DNA of 64,000 nt from Halosegnis sp. (GTDB taxonomy: Archaea > Halobacteriota > Halobacteria > Halobacteriales > Haloarculaceae), in the NCBI RefSeq assembly GCF_042216475.1, contig NZ_JBDGTV010000016.1, forward strand, positions 26,778-90,777, written 5' to 3'. Positions 45,949-63,094 of the stretch are shown here, in pieces. How positions within the stretch are numbered: position 1 is the first letter of the stretch; the number at the start of each line of letters is the position of its first letter. The notes under the pieces were generated by a model that saw only the letters and a list, made by a program, of their open reading frames with translations, did not search any database and was not told where the DNA came from. A program made the translations under genes and the position numbers.

Positions 45949-46689
45949 ATGCGTAACGAGGAGCTTTCCACCGACACCCCAGAGCGGGCAGCGCCCGAGT
46001 TCGACCTCGACCCAGAGTTCGACCCATACGCCCCGGAGGTCGGCGAACTGCCGGAGAACGACCTAACCAAAGCCGATCTTGATAACGTCAACAAGACGGG
46101 CACGACTACCATCGGAGTGACGACGCCCGATGGCGTCGTCATGGCCACCGATATGCGCGCGTCGCTGGGTGGCCGGTTTGTCTCCAATAAAGACGTCCAG
46201 AAGGTCGAACAGGTTCACCCGACTGCGGCGCTGACGATGGCCGGCTCCGTCGGAGGCGCCCAGTCGTTCATCCGCACTATCCGCGCAGAGGCGAACCTCT
46301 ACGAGGCGCGCCGCGGCGAGAACATGAGCATGGAGGCACTTTCCACGCTGTGTGGCAACTTCCTTCGAGGCGGTCCGTTCTTCCTTGTCTCGCCCATCCT
46401 CGGCGGCATCGACGACGAAGGGAGCCATGTCTACTCGCTGGACCCCGCCGGCGGCGTGATGCGAGACGACTACACCGTCACTGGCTCAGGAATGCAGCTC
46501 GCATACGGCGTCCTTGAGGGCGAGTACACAGACGACCTGACCATCGATGAAGCCCGCCAGGTTGCTGCCCGCGGCATCCAGTCTGCCGTCGAGCGCGACA
46601 CTGGCTCTGGCAACGGAATCTATCTCGCCGAGATAACCGGCGAGGGGGTCGACATCGAGGGGCACAAAGAGTTCGACGACCTGCTGTAG
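45949..46689 (+). CDS. psmB: Proteasome subunit beta
   Basis: The ATG at 45949 lies 28 nt after TTTATA. A roughly 51-aa propeptide precedes the catalytic TTTIGV. Confidence 0.9.
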   Translation: MRNEELSTDTPERAAPEFDLDPEFDPYAPEVGELPENDLTKADLDNVNKTGTTTIGVTTPDGVVMATDMRASLGGRFVSNKDVQKVEQVHPTAALTMAGSVGGAQSFIRTIRAEANLYEARRGENMSMEALSTLCGNFLRGGPFFLVSPILGGIDDEGSHVYSLDPAGGVMRDDYTVTGSGMQLAYGVLEGEYTDDLTIDEARQVAARGIQSAVERDTGSGNGIYLAEITGEGVDIEGHKEFDDLL

Positions 46690-46729
46690 CCGGCGAAAGT
46701 TCCTTCGGACCCCCGACGGTACGCGAGAC

Positions 46730-47473
46730 ATGGTCCAGCACGACGGGACGACAGCTGACTGGCTCGGCTACGCAACGCTGCGGCTGGCCGGCGAGGATAT
46801 CACCGTCTACCTCGACCCCGGCCGCTACGGCGTGCTCGACGGCCTCAAGCCCCAGGACGGCGACGTTGTCTGTGTCACCCACGATCACCACTATGACAGC
46901 GACGCCATCCGGCAGGTCGCCCGCGAGGACGCAACGCTTGTCCTCTTTGACGGGATCGACGCGAACCGCATCGACCGGGACGTCGAGCGGCCGGCCGACC
47001 TCCCATACGAGCTCGTCAACGTCGACGAGGAGACGGACATCGCCGTCGGGGACCCGACCGGCGATCGGGACGACGGTCCTCGGCCCGGTGAAGTCTTCAT
47101 CCGCACGCTACCAGCGTATAACGACCCGAACGGCCCGCATACCCGGGCGGACGGTGAGCCGTTCCACCCGCCGGGATTCGGCTGCGGGTTCCATCTCACG
47201 CTCCCGAGCGTGTGGGGCCGGGACGTGACTGTCCTGTGGCCAGGAGACACGGACGTCCTTGCAGGTCACGCGGAGCTCGACGTATCGTTGTTCTGTCCGC
47301 CAATCGGCGGCTCGTTCACGATGGACCGCCAGGAGGCCGCGCGGCTGGCCGAGGAGTTGGCTCCGAATCTGGTTCTACCGATTCACTACGACACCTTCGA
47401 AGCCTTAGAGACGGATGCCGCTGCGTTCGCGGGGGATGTCGCCGGCCGAGGGGTGCCGGTCGTCCTCGATTAG
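46730..47473 (+). CDS. MBL-fold metallo-hydrolase
   Basis: 247 aa with the motif CVTHDHHYDSD. Confidence 0.75.
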   Translation: MVQHDGTTADWLGYATLRLAGEDITVYLDPGRYGVLDGLKPQDGDVVCVTHDHHYDSDAIRQVAREDATLVLFDGIDANRIDRDVERPADLPYELVNVDEETDIAVGDPTGDRDDGPRPGEVFIRTLPAYNDPNGPHTRADGEPFHPPGFGCGFHLTLPSVWGRDVTVLWPGDTDVLAGHAELDVSLFCPPIGGSFTMDRQEAARLAEELAPNLVLPIHYDTFEALETDAAAFAGDVAGRGVPVVLD

Positions 47474-48822
47474 CGGCGTGCAGGATGGTCCGTGGGGAGC
47501 CGCGGACCGGCACCGCCGGCCCGCTCACGGAGCGTCTCACCTGTGGTGTCGACGAGCAGGCCGCGCTCGCGCAGTTCGGGGACAACGAGGTCAACAAAGT
47601 CGAACAACGAGTCGGGCCGCACTACTTCCTTCACATTGAATCCCGCGATGGGCAACTCCTCGTACCAGGCAGCAAGTTCATTGGCCACTGTCTCGGGCGT
47701 GCCGACGACGATGGGAGAAGTAGAGCCAAGACCAGCGAACTGCGCCATCTCGCGGACCGTCCACTCTCGGTCGGGGTCAGCACGCGTGAACGCGTTTACC
47801 GCCCCCTGTATCGCTTCCGTTTCGATATGCTCGAGCGGCTGGTCCGGCTCGAGCGTCGAGAGGTCCATATCCATAAATCCTGACAGGAGCGCCAGCACCG
47901 CCTCGACATCGACCGTCTCTCGGAAGCTCTCGTGTTTCTCGTGGGCGAGCGCCTCTGTCTCACCGACAATCGGGACGACGCCGGGATAGAAGCCCAGCGA
48001 GTCGGGATCCCGGCCGTGGTCGCTTGCGCGCTCGCGGAGGTCCTCAACATAATCGCGGACGCCCGCCTGTGTGGGGTACGAGCAGAATACTGCCTCGGCA
48101 TTGGCAGCGGCAAACTCTCGGCCTCGTTCCGAAGAGCCAGCCTGATAGAGATAGGGTGTCCGCTGGGGCGACGGCTCGCAGCCGTGGGGCCCCTCCACGG
48201 AGAAGCGCTCGCCCTCGTGGTCGATGGGCTGGACGCCGTCGGGGTCGGTGAATACGCCAGTCTCGCGGTCACGGAGAACAGCGTCGTCGTCCCACGATTC
48301 CTCCCAGAGCGCGTAGCAGACATCCATGAACTCATCGGCCCGGTCGTAGCGGTCGTCGTGGTCGAGCCGCTCGCCGACCCCGAGGTTGCGGGCAGCCGAC
48401 TCCAAATAGGAGGTGACGATATTGAATGCGACGCGGCCGTCGGTCAGGTGGTCGAGCGTAGAGAACTCCCGGGCGAGTTCGTACGGATGATTATACGTCG
48501 TTGACCGAGTGACGGCGAACCCTAAGTCGTCGGTCACCTCTGCCATCGCCGGAATCAGGAACCGGGGATCGTTCGATGGCGTCTGGACGGCCCGCTTGAT
48601 GGCGACATCACGGTCGTCGTCGTAAACGTCGTAGATTCCCCGGACATCGGCGAAGAAGACGGCATCGAAGCCGCCCCGCTCGGCGGTATGGGCCACCTCC
48701 GTCCAGTAGTCACGGTCCGTGTAGTCGGCTGCTCGGTCACCGGGGTAACGCCACGCGCCCGGCGAGACATGGGTGACCGCGTTCATCGTGAACAGGTTCA
48801 GCCGCATCCGGTCGCGGTCCAT
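47470..48822 (-). CDS. LLM-class (luciferase-like) flavin-dependent monooxygenase, NtaA/DszA-like
   Basis: About 450 aa. The N-terminus reads MRLNLFTMNAVTHVSPGAWRYPGD. The start is ATG 48822 or 48807. Confidence 0.8.
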   Translation of the reverse strand: MDRDRMRLNLFTMNAVTHVSPGAWRYPGDRAADYTDRDYWTEVAHTAERGGFDAVFFADVRGIYDVYDDDRDVAIKRAVQTPSNDPRFLIPAMAEVTDDLGFAVTRSTTYNHPYELAREFSTLDHLTDGRVAFNIVTSYLESAARNLGVGERLDHDDRYDRADEFMDVCYALWEESWDDDAVLRDRETGVFTDPDGVQPIDHEGERFSVEGPHGCEPSPQRTPYLYQAGSSERGREFAAANAEAVFCSYPTQAGVRDYVEDLRERASDHGRDPDSLGFYPGVVPIVGETEALAHEKHESFRETVDVEAVLALLSGFMDMDLSTLEPDQPLEHIETEAIQGAVNAFTRADPDREWTVREMAQFAGLGSTSPIVVGTPETVANELAAWYEELPIAGFNVKEVVRPDSLFDFVDLVVPELRERGLLVDTTGETLRERAGGAGPRLPTDHPARR

Positions 48823-48882
48823 ATTCCCGACTCGGCCGGCTCCGGGGTAAGGCGATACGATACCGGCGAGCAACGCAGGCTT

Positions 48883-50109
48883 TCAGCAGGCGCAGTAGTA
48901 GTCCCGGTCAGCGAACTCTGTGGCCAGCAGGGCGCGTGCTGGCCCCGGGTCGGAGAGGCGGTAGACGCCGGTCGTCAGCCATCCACCAGCCTCGAATTCC
49001 CCGGAGAGCAGCGCCGCCCACTCCCCGTCTGAGAGCACATCATCAAAGCCGGGGTCCTCGAAATTGAGCCGGAGGTAGTCGGGGAGGTACACCCACCGGG
49101 CGTCAAGCGGACCGGTATGGACCACCTCAGTGCCGATAGCGTCGGCGTAGGCGGCCATTGGCAGGTTGATGCCCGCGGCCACGGCCAGCCCTATCCACTT
49201 CCATGGGCGCGTGTTGACGTCTAAGAGAACGAACTCCTCACGGTCAGCGTCATACAGAAATTCCGATTCAGAAATGCCGTAGTACCCCGCGTCGGCCAAC
49301 AGTCGCTCAGCTCGTTCGCGTACGGTCGGCTCTTCGACCCGATCGACCACACAGGAAGTACCGTAGCCAGTCGGGTACCGGATGCGCGCGTTTCCGACTA
49401 CCCCCAGCGGCTCGCCGTCCGGCGAGATGTACGAGGCGAAGGAGTGGTCCTCACCGGTCGCCCGCCGTACCTTCTCTTGTGCCATCACGCGAACGCCGGC
49501 CTCCTCGGCGGCCGCGACGGCCTCGGCGAATTCCTCCTCGTCATCAACTTCGAGGACGTTCGTTCCAACGGCCTCCTCGAAGCGCCGCTTGCGGGCCGGC
49601 TTCACCACCAGCGGAAAGCCAAGCGCGTCGGCGGCTGTCGTTGGGTCTGTCTCCTCAAGGAAGTATGTCTCAGGGAAGGGCACGTCGAGTCGGTCGGCCC
49701 GTCGGTAGAGTTCGTACTTGTCAAGGACGGTGTCAACGACGTCAGCCGCGAATGTGAGCCGGACACCCGCCGGCGGATCATCCGCCAGCGCGAGTGCCCA
49801 CTCGTCCATGCAGCCGAACGCCACCGGCTCGTGGTCGACGGCCGCCGCCAGCCGCTCGATATCCGCCCGGAACTCGTCGGCGTCAGCAAGCGGATACGTC
49901 ACCTCCCCAGCAGCGACTACCGCGTCGGAGGCGGGAGCCACGCCGTCGCCGGATCGGTCCAGCGCGATGACGGGCACGTCGTGGGCCGCCAGCGCGCGGG
50001 CCACGCTCAGCCCGGTAACGTGCGCGTTAGCGACGAACGCTGGCGGGCGGGCGAACTCACGGTCTTGAAGCGTTGTGAGCAGTTCCTCGAACGAGCGAAA
50101 TTCAGTCAT
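48883..50109 (-). CDS. ATP-grasp domain protein (carboxylate-amine ligase-like)
   Basis: The ATG at 50109 was chosen. PLVVKPARKRRFEE and FVLLDVNTRPW match ATP-grasp motifs. Confidence 0.7.
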   Translation of the reverse strand: MTEFRSFEELLTTLQDREFARPPAFVANAHVTGLSVARALAAHDVPVIALDRSGDGVAPASDAVVAAGEVTYPLADADEFRADIERLAAAVDHEPVAFGCMDEWALALADDPPAGVRLTFAADVVDTVLDKYELYRRADRLDVPFPETYFLEETDPTTAADALGFPLVVKPARKRRFEEAVGTNVLEVDDEEEFAEAVAAAEEAGVRVMAQEKVRRATGEDHSFASYISPDGEPLGVVGNARIRYPTGYGTSCVVDRVEEPTVRERAERLLADAGYYGISESEFLYDADREEFVLLDVNTRPWKWIGLAVAAGINLPMAAYADAIGTEVVHTGPLDARWVYLPDYLRLNFEDPGFDDVLSDGEWAALLSGEFEAGGWLTTGVYRLSDPGPARALLATEFADRDYYCAC

Positions 50110-50155
50110 CGCGCCCCTGTACTCGGGCGCGCGTGGAAAGTGCCGCGGTTCCGTC

Positions 50156-51280
50156 TTAGATGATATCCATCTCCGCGAGCCGCGTTGGGAGGTACTCGTC
50201 GGTGACGAAGTCGAGCCCGCGAGAGGCGAGCGCCTGCTGTTCAGACTTCTTTTCCATCTCAAGCTGGAGGCCGATCTGTTCCTCCCAGAAGTCCGTCTGG
50301 AAGCGGGGGTCGTCGAGTTCCGACTCAAGCGCGTTTACGTCTGAATCCGACAGGGGATCTGAAGGCAGGTCGTACTCTTGGATGTCCTGCGGGCGGATAC
50401 CAACGAACTGTGCGGCGGGCGTCGCGAGGTACTCTGAGAGGTGAGCAGACTTGATAGAACCATAGGCGACGGAGCCGTAGATGCGGTAGGACCATGGGTC
50501 ACCGTCTGTAAACACCGCCACCGGCAGCCCGAGTTCGTCGTTGAGCCGGCGGGTGATGCGCCGGGTCGCGCGTGCGGGCTGACCCTTCAGGTGGACGATG
50601 AGCGCGTCGTGCTTCTCGTCGAAGCCGTTCTCCACGAGCCGGTCGCGCATCCCCCCCGTCTCCACACAGAGAATGAACGCGGCGTCGTGCTCGAGGAACT
50701 CAATGGTATCAGGGTTGTTGGGTATCTGGTAGCCGCCCTCACCGACGTCTTTCTGACAGTGGATGACCCGTTCGCCGCGACGGGTCTGTTCGCGGAGCTC
50801 AAGCGGTCCCATGATAGTCGCCCCCGACTCTTCCGGGCGCATATGGAAGTCCTCACGGGTGACCCCGGAGACCAGCTCTAAGTCCTCCACAAGCTGGTTC
50901 GATTCGTCCTGGCTTGAGAACTGGGCGTACTCGTTGTCCCACGACTCCGAGAGGTAGTACAACTCCCGGAGCGTCGAGGAGCGGTCCTCGTCGAGCTGGG
51001 TGGCGAGGAACTCCACCGTGTAGATTGACTTGAGCAGCTTCTTGGCCCCGCGCACAGAGTTCGCCGACCGTGTGGAGTGGCGGTCGCCGAGCACCCACAC
51101 ACCCGACTCCTCGTCGAAGACGATGTTCGACTTCGTGCGCGTGGGTATCTCCATCGAGGGGACGTCCCCGCCTTCAAACTGGTCGTAGAACGTCTCAGCC
51201 AGTTCGATGAGCCGGCGGCGCGCCTTCTCGTCCTGTACCTCGGGATCCGTGTCGACCGGGGTATCTTGATCTGAGCTCAT
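50156..51280 (-). CDS. top6A: DNA topoisomerase VI subunit A
   Basis: 374 aa, Spo11-like with a Toprim domain ([21 protein letters not shown]). Confidence 0.92.
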   Translation of the reverse strand: MSSDQDTPVDTDPEVQDEKARRRLIELAETFYDQFEGGDVPSMEIPTRTKSNIVFDEESGVWVLGDRHSTRSANSVRGAKKLLKSIYTVEFLATQLDEDRSSTLRELYYLSESWDNEYAQFSSQDESNQLVEDLELVSGVTREDFHMRPEESGATIMGPLELREQTRRGERVIHCQKDVGEGGYQIPNNPDTIEFLEHDAAFILCVETGGMRDRLVENGFDEKHDALIVHLKGQPARATRRITRRLNDELGLPVAVFTDGDPWSYRIYGSVAYGSIKSAHLSEYLATPAAQFVGIRPQDIQEYDLPSDPLSDSDVNALESELDDPRFQTDFWEEQIGLQLEMEKKSEQQALASRGLDFVTDEYLPTRLAEMDII

Positions 51281-53661
51281 GCGTTCACCGTGACCTTCTC
51301 AGCCTCGACGCCTTCGACCGACAGGTCGAATTCGGCGTCATCGCTCACCTCGTACTCGATGCTCGTCTCCTCGCCGCCCGCTACATCGACACTCCATTTC
51401 ACGAACCATTCGCCGTCCATCTCCACTACGGTTGCACCGGCGACATCGCCAGGGTTCTCTGTGACGATATCGGTCAGCTCGAGGTCGACCCCTGAGGAGT
51501 CGTGGTTCTGGACCGTCAGACGGACACGGCCGTCCTCGACAGTCCGGTCGACGAGCGTATTATTCATGATGCGCGCCAGCGAGTCATCGATATTAAGCGG
51601 CTCGCGGGCGGTCACCTCCGAGAGTTTGCGGGCCATCTCCGGAAGGATATCGACGAGCGTGTTTTGTTTGCGGCGGCGCTTCTCTAAGGATCGCTGCTCG
51701 TTGAGATACGTCTTCAGCTCCCGGGCGGCTTCCCGTAACGCCAGTTCGATTTCGTCTTCAATCTCCGGGACGTTCGCAACCGCATCCTTCGACTCGCTGG
51801 TGAACGGGACGTTCGTGGAGGCGATATGTATCATGATGACACAGGGGCCGTTGGGCATCCCGCTCCCGCCCGGCTGGTCAAGCCCGTAGTTACGCCAGTT
51901 GATGCGCTTGACGACGCCCGTTGTCGAGCAGGCGCCGAGCCGGTAGACCAGCGGGACGCGGTTAGCGAAACGGAGTACCTCAACGTTCCCTTCTGCCGGG
52001 AGTGACCCGCCATATGCGATGCCTGCCTCAACGATGAACGGGTCACCGCGGTGGACCTCGGCGTCGCGGGTGGCCGCCGCGTAGAAATCGGCGTCGTACT
52101 CTTTGCGGAGCCCGGCCTCAACGAGCGACTCCTCAATTGGGGCGAGACAGCCCGTCGGCGGCGAGAGGATGTCAGTCTCCCGCATCGCCTCTAAGAACGC
52201 CGCCGCCGTGTCGCGGTCGTCCGCGACGTCGGTGACACTCGGCGTATCATCTGGCACCGTCTCCATCAGGCGCCACAGCGCGTCAGTCACCTTCTCACGG
52301 GCCGTCTCACCGAATGTCTCGCCATCGCGCTCCTCAGTCATCTCCGCCGAGCGAGCAACGTAGTCGGAGAGCGTCTCTCTGGTCGCCCGATCGCGGCCGT
52401 CGTCGTTGCTCGCGAACTTCTCAGCGACCCGTCGCGCGAGCCCCGCGACGGCCTCGTCGTCCTTCCGGGAGGTAGTTGCCTCGTCAACGACGTCGATAAG
52501 ATTCTCGGCGCGCGAGTCGGTGCAGGCCGACCACGCCGCAGCAACGGCGTTCTCGCGGGTCGTCTCGCCGAAGGTCTTGTCTGACCGCTCTTCGGCGGCC
52601 TCGGCAGTCTCGTCGATTGCCATGACAACGTCGTGGTGGGCTACCCGGTCGTGGGCGGTGATGGCCTCTGCGACGTCGGCCGCGAACGCCGCAGTCGCCT
52701 CACGCCCCTTATTCGAGACAGCCGCAATGACAGCAGTCTCCACTTCTGTCCCGTCGGTCGGTGGCCGCCACGTCATCTCGCGGCCAAAATAGCGGTCGCG
52801 GAAGCTGTCGAGCACCGACCCGGCTGTCTTCGCGCCCACACGAGTGAATTCCTCCTGCATGAAGCCGGACAGCGAGTAGGAGTCGGTTGCCTCCAGCATC
52901 TTCAGTAGTGTCCCAAGTTCGACGCCGTGTGGGTGGGGGCGTATCTCCTCCGTCTCGTCGGGGAGTTGGTCGGTTGCCCGCTCGTACTTCTGGTGGGTTT
53001 CGGGTTCGCGGAACTCGATACGGGCGTGTGGATTGACGACAGCGGTATACTTGATGTAGTCGTGCAGTTGCTGGCGAGCCCGCATGTTCGCCTCCATCTC
53101 GAGTTCGATGCGGGTGCCGTGGGGTCGCTCCCAGGTAGTCTCCTCATCAACCTCGATTTCGGGCTCGTTTGTGTCCGTGTCGATGGTCAGTTCGAAGTAG
53201 CGGGCCTGCTGGTCGGCGCCCGTCTTCGCCGTAATCTTCGCGGGCTTGCCGGAGGTGAGCTGTGCGTACAGCACTGCCGCGGAGATGCCAATACCCTGCT
53301 GACCGCGGGACTGCTCGCGAGCGTGGAACCGTGAGCCGTACAACAGTTTCCCGAACACCTTTGGCACCTGCTCGCGGGTGATGCCGGGGCCGTTGTCCTC
53401 GACGACGAGCCGGTAGTAATCGCCAGCATCCTCGATTTCGACGTAGATGTCCGGAAGGATGCCCGCCTCCTCGGTGGCGTCGAGCGCGTTGTCAACGGCC
53501 TCCTTGACGGCCGTAACGAGGGCCTTGCCGCCGGAGTCGAAGCCGAGCATCTGCTTGTTCTTCTCGAAGAACTCGGCGATAGAGATGGAGCGCTGAGACT
53601 CGGCGAGTTCCTCGGCGACGGTGCCGCCGCCCTCGCCAAGCGTCGACTGGAACGAAGTCAT
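51277..53661 (-). CDS. top6B: DNA topoisomerase VI subunit B
   Basis: The ATG at 53661 (MTSFQSTLG) was chosen. The GHKL ATPase motifs are EAVDNALDA and DNGPGI. It overlaps top6A through an ATGA junction. Confidence 0.92.
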   Translation of the reverse strand: MTSFQSTLGEGGGTVAEELAESQRSISIAEFFEKNKQMLGFDSGGKALVTAVKEAVDNALDATEEAGILPDIYVEIEDAGDYYRLVVEDNGPGITREQVPKVFGKLLYGSRFHAREQSRGQQGIGISAAVLYAQLTSGKPAKITAKTGADQQARYFELTIDTDTNEPEIEVDEETTWERPHGTRIELEMEANMRARQQLHDYIKYTAVVNPHARIEFREPETHQKYERATDQLPDETEEIRPHPHGVELGTLLKMLEATDSYSLSGFMQEEFTRVGAKTAGSVLDSFRDRYFGREMTWRPPTDGTEVETAVIAAVSNKGREATAAFAADVAEAITAHDRVAHHDVVMAIDETAEAAEERSDKTFGETTRENAVAAAWSACTDSRAENLIDVVDEATTSRKDDEAVAGLARRVAEKFASNDDGRDRATRETLSDYVARSAEMTEERDGETFGETAREKVTDALWRLMETVPDDTPSVTDVADDRDTAAAFLEAMRETDILSPPTGCLAPIEESLVEAGLRKEYDADFYAAATRDAEVHRGDPFIVEAGIAYGGSLPAEGNVEVLRFANRVPLVYRLGACSTTGVVKRINWRNYGLDQPGGSGMPNGPCVIMIHIASTNVPFTSESKDAVANVPEIEDEIELALREAARELKTYLNEQRSLEKRRRKQNTLVDILPEMARKLSEVTAREPLNIDDSLARIMNNTLVDRTVEDGRVRLTVQNHDSSGVDLELTDIVTENPGDVAGATVVEMDGEWFVKWSVDVAGGEETSIEYEVSDDAEFDLSVEGVEAEKVTVNA

Positions 53662-53727
53662 CTGACGGACGATTGTCGGCCGGGGAGTAAAACAGTCGCG
53701 GTGGCTCGGTGAAAGTGGAACGCGGAG

Positions 53728-53735
53728 TTTTATAT
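53728..53735 (+). promoter_or_regulatory. TATA box for the leaderless prolyl oligopeptidase gene
   Basis: TTTTATAT lies about 27 nt upstream of GTG 53758. Confidence 0.45.
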
Positions 53736-53757
53736 CGGCTCGACGGCTAAACGGTCC

Positions 53758-60242
<6,485 letters not shown>

Positions 60243-60246
<4 letters not shown>

Positions 60247-60524
60247 TCCTCGGTCAGTTCGCGGTACTCCTCGCTGGTCATATCGACGCGCTCGCCGAGC
60301 CGGTCGTCGACTAACTCCGGCTCGTCAGCCTCGGCGGCCACCTGTCGGCCAATGTACGCAAGGGCGACGGCGATAATCGCCAGCGGCAAGCCAAGTGCTC
60401 CGACTACGAGTCCACTCGGTAGTGACGCCTCCATGAGAGTGGCGCCGCCAAGCAGCAGTGACGGGGCAGCGAAAGCAGCGAGCAAAAGGCCGACGACGAG
60501 TCGGGCACGCGTTCCCCCGAACAT
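60243..60524 (-). CDS. Small two-TM membrane protein with acidic tail
   Basis: 93 aa from the ATG at 60524. Its stop overlaps the gyrA stop. Confidence 0.45.
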
Positions 60525-60562
60525 ACACACAAGAGGAACGCGACGCATAAAAACACTCGGCG

Positions 60563-61459
60563 CTACAGTATTTGTTTGCCAAGCGCACTCGCGACGAGTT
60601 CTACGGCCAGTTCCGCTGTGCGGTTGTGGGTGTCAAGGACGGGATTCACCTCGACGACCTCCATCGAACGGATGTCGTCAAGTCGGTCAGCGACGGCCTC
60701 CATCGCGGCATGGGCTTCTCGGTACGTGACGCCGCCGCGGACGGGTGTGCCGACCCCGGGTGCTTCGTCAGGATCGAGGAAGTCCATGTCCAGAGAGACG
60801 TGAATTCCGGTGGCGCCCCCTGCGACCGCGAGCGCCTCGTCTGCGACGGCCGGCAGGCCGCGCTCGTCGACGTCAGACATTGTGAAGACGGAAACGTCGC
60901 TGTCACGCAGCGCGGCCCGTTCTCCTTCGTCAAGCGAACGGACGCCGACCAGCGCAACATTCGCTGGATCGACGGCGGATGCGTGGGCCCACTCACGGTC
61001 GGCGAATTCTCCCATCCCCAAGATGGCAGCTAACGACATGCCGTGGACGTTTCCAGAGGGAGTCGTCGCCGGAGTGTTGAAATCACCGTGGGCGTCGAAC
61101 CAGACGACGCCTGTAGAGCCTTGGCGGGCAGCACCACCGACAGTCCCGATAGCAATGGAGTGGTCACCACCGAGTACGAGCGGGAATACGCCATCGGCGA
61201 CTGTCTGTGCGACTACAGACCGGAGTTCGCGACAGACAGCCGCCGTCTCGTCGAGGTACTTCGCGTGACGACCCCCCGTCGGGTTGGCGACAGTCGTCTC
61301 CGGGCGGGGAACGGTGAGGTCGCCAGCGTCCGTGCACTCGTGGCCTGTCGCCTCAAGTTGCTCGTCCAGCCCAGCGTACCGGATGGCCGACGGCCCCATG
61401 TCGACTCCGCGGCGGTCCGCCCCGAGGTCCATCGGGACGCCGACGACCCTAACCTGCAT
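60563..61459 (-). CDS. Arginase-family (ureohydrolase) enzyme
   Basis: Mn-binding motifs GGDHSIAIG, DAHGDFN and SLDMDFLDP are present. Confidence 0.85.
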   Translation of the reverse strand: MQVRVVGVPMDLGADRRGVDMGPSAIRYAGLDEQLEATGHECTDAGDLTVPRPETTVANPTGGRHAKYLDETAAVCRELRSVVAQTVADGVFPLVLGGDHSIAIGTVGGAARQGSTGVVWFDAHGDFNTPATTPSGNVHGMSLAAILGMGEFADREWAHASAVDPANVALVGVRSLDEGERAALRDSDVSVFTMSDVDERGLPAVADEALAVAGGATGIHVSLDMDFLDPDEAPGVGTPVRGGVTYREAHAAMEAVADRLDDIRSMEVVEVNPVLDTHNRTAELAVELVASALGKQIL

Positions 61460-61497
61460 GTACGCCGGTCGACAACGGGCGGTGAAAAACCGTTCGT

Positions 61498-62412
61498 TCA
61501 GTCGAGATATGGCGCACAGACGCGGCGAAGTCCATCTTCGAAGTCAATTTCGGGCTCCCATCCGGTCTCCTCCCGCATCTTCGAAGGGTCCGCCATCGTG
61601 TGGTGGACGTAGTTCTTCATCGTGTTCTCTGAGTAAGTGGGCTCCACGTCGGTACCGAGCACATCGTTGAGCCGATCGACGAGTTCGTTCAACGAACGGG
61701 ACTCACCAGTGCCGAGGTTGTAGATACCGTCCAACTCATGATCAGCCGCGAGTTCTAGGCCGCGGACGATATCATTCACGTGGGTGAAATCGCGCGTCTG
61801 CGTGCCGTCGCCCCAGATGTCGGGCCGCTCGCCGTTAGCGATTTGATGGGCAAACTGCGCAATGAGGTTCGCGTACTCGCCCTTGTGCTCCTCAGCCCCG
61901 GAGAATCCTTGGTAAACGGAGAAGAACCGCATTCCGGCCATCGACAACCCGTGAAAATTCTGGTAATACTCGGCGTACCGCTCGCGGGCCAGCTTCGAGG
62001 CCTCGTAGCCGGTTCGGGCCTCTACCTCCATCGACTCAGGAGACGGCTCCGTCTGATCGCCATAGATAGAAGAAGTAGAGGCATAGATGACGGTGTCACA
62101 CCCTGTTTCGCGCACCTGTTCAACGACATTGACAAATCCCTCGACATTGACGCGGACGCCACGAGCGGGGTCTTCCTCGTGCATCGCCCGCGAAGACAGC
62201 GCCGCGAGGTGAAACAGAACGTCAACGTCTGCCGGCAAGTCCTCTTCGAGGACCGACTGGTCGTAGAACTCAACAGCCTCAGCGAGGTTCGCCGGCGTAC
62301 CGAGATACAGGTCGTCGATAGCAATCACGTCGTTGTCCGCGGCGAGATGGTTCGCGAGGTTGGAGCCGATGAACCCCGCGCCACCGGTTACGAGTACGCG
62401 CTTGCCGTCCAT
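61498..62412 (-). CDS. NAD-dependent sugar epimerase/dehydratase (extended SDR)
   Basis: The motifs VTGGAGFIGSNL and YEASK are present. Confidence 0.85.
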   Translation of the reverse strand: MDGKRVLVTGGAGFIGSNLANHLAADNDVIAIDDLYLGTPANLAEAVEFYDQSVLEEDLPADVDVLFHLAALSSRAMHEEDPARGVRVNVEGFVNVVEQVRETGCDTVIYASTSSIYGDQTEPSPESMEVEARTGYEASKLARERYAEYYQNFHGLSMAGMRFFSVYQGFSGAEEHKGEYANLIAQFAHQIANGERPDIWGDGTQTRDFTHVNDIVRGLELAADHELDGIYNLGTGESRSLNELVDRLNDVLGTDVEPTYSENTMKNYVHHTMADPSKMREETGWEPEIDFEDGLRRVCAPYLD

Positions 62413-62473
62413 ATCCGAGCGGCCGTACCCGCAGGGTAAGTGGCTACCGGTCGAGGGCCAGTCTCACCGCCGG

Positions 62474-62480
62474 CTTTAAG
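62474..62480 (+). promoter_or_regulatory. TATA-like box for the 62507 wHTH gene
   Basis: CTTTAAG lies 30 nt upstream of the ATG. Confidence 0.35.
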
Positions 62481-62506
62481 CCTGCCCTTGCCGAACAAAA
62501 TTTATA

Positions 62507-63046
62507 ATGTCGTCAATCGAGCTTACGCCCTCGCAAAAGAAGATACTCGAGGCCCTCATCAACCTCTACCGGGAGTCCGAGAGTGCTGTAAAAGGCGAGC
62601 AAATCGCCGAGGAAGTCGACCGTAATCCTGGCACCATCCGCAACCAGATGCAGAGCTTGAAAGCGCTCCAGTTGGTTGAGGGAGTGCCGGGGCCGAAAGG
62701 CGGTTACAAGCCGACCGGTACCGCCTACGACGCCCTCGAAATTCAGGAGATGGACCAGGCCGCGGATGTCCCGCTGAGACACGAGGGGCAGTCAGTACCG
62801 GGCGCGAACGTCCAAGAAATCGACCTGACCAGTGTCCACCACCCGGAGCTGTGTCGCGCCGAAATTCGCCTGCAAGGATCCATCAGTGACTTCCACGAGG
62901 GAGACTCCGTTGCGGTTGGCCCGACGCCGTTATCGAAGCTGCTTATTGAGGGAACGCTCGACGGGAAAGACGACACGAATAATAGCCTCATTCTTACCAT
63001 CGACCGGATGCGCGCACCCGCCGAGGGAGAGACACCGAAGAAGTAG
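62507..63046 (+). CDS. Winged-helix DNA-binding protein with C-terminal sensor-like domain
   Basis: 179 aa. The wHTH is LTPSQKKILEALINLYRESESAVKGEQIAEEVDRNPGTIRNQMQSLKAL. CTTTAAG lies 30 nt upstream. Confidence 0.6.
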   Translation: MSSIELTPSQKKILEALINLYRESESAVKGEQIAEEVDRNPGTIRNQMQSLKALQLVEGVPGPKGGYKPTGTAYDALEIQEMDQAADVPLRHEGQSVPGANVQEIDLTSVHHPELCRAEIRLQGSISDFHEGDSVAVGPTPLSKLLIEGTLDGKDDTNNSLILTIDRMRAPAEGETPKK

Positions 63047-63094
63047 CCGCGGACGTTTCGCAGGGTTTGTATCGGAGGCCCGCACACAGCCAGT

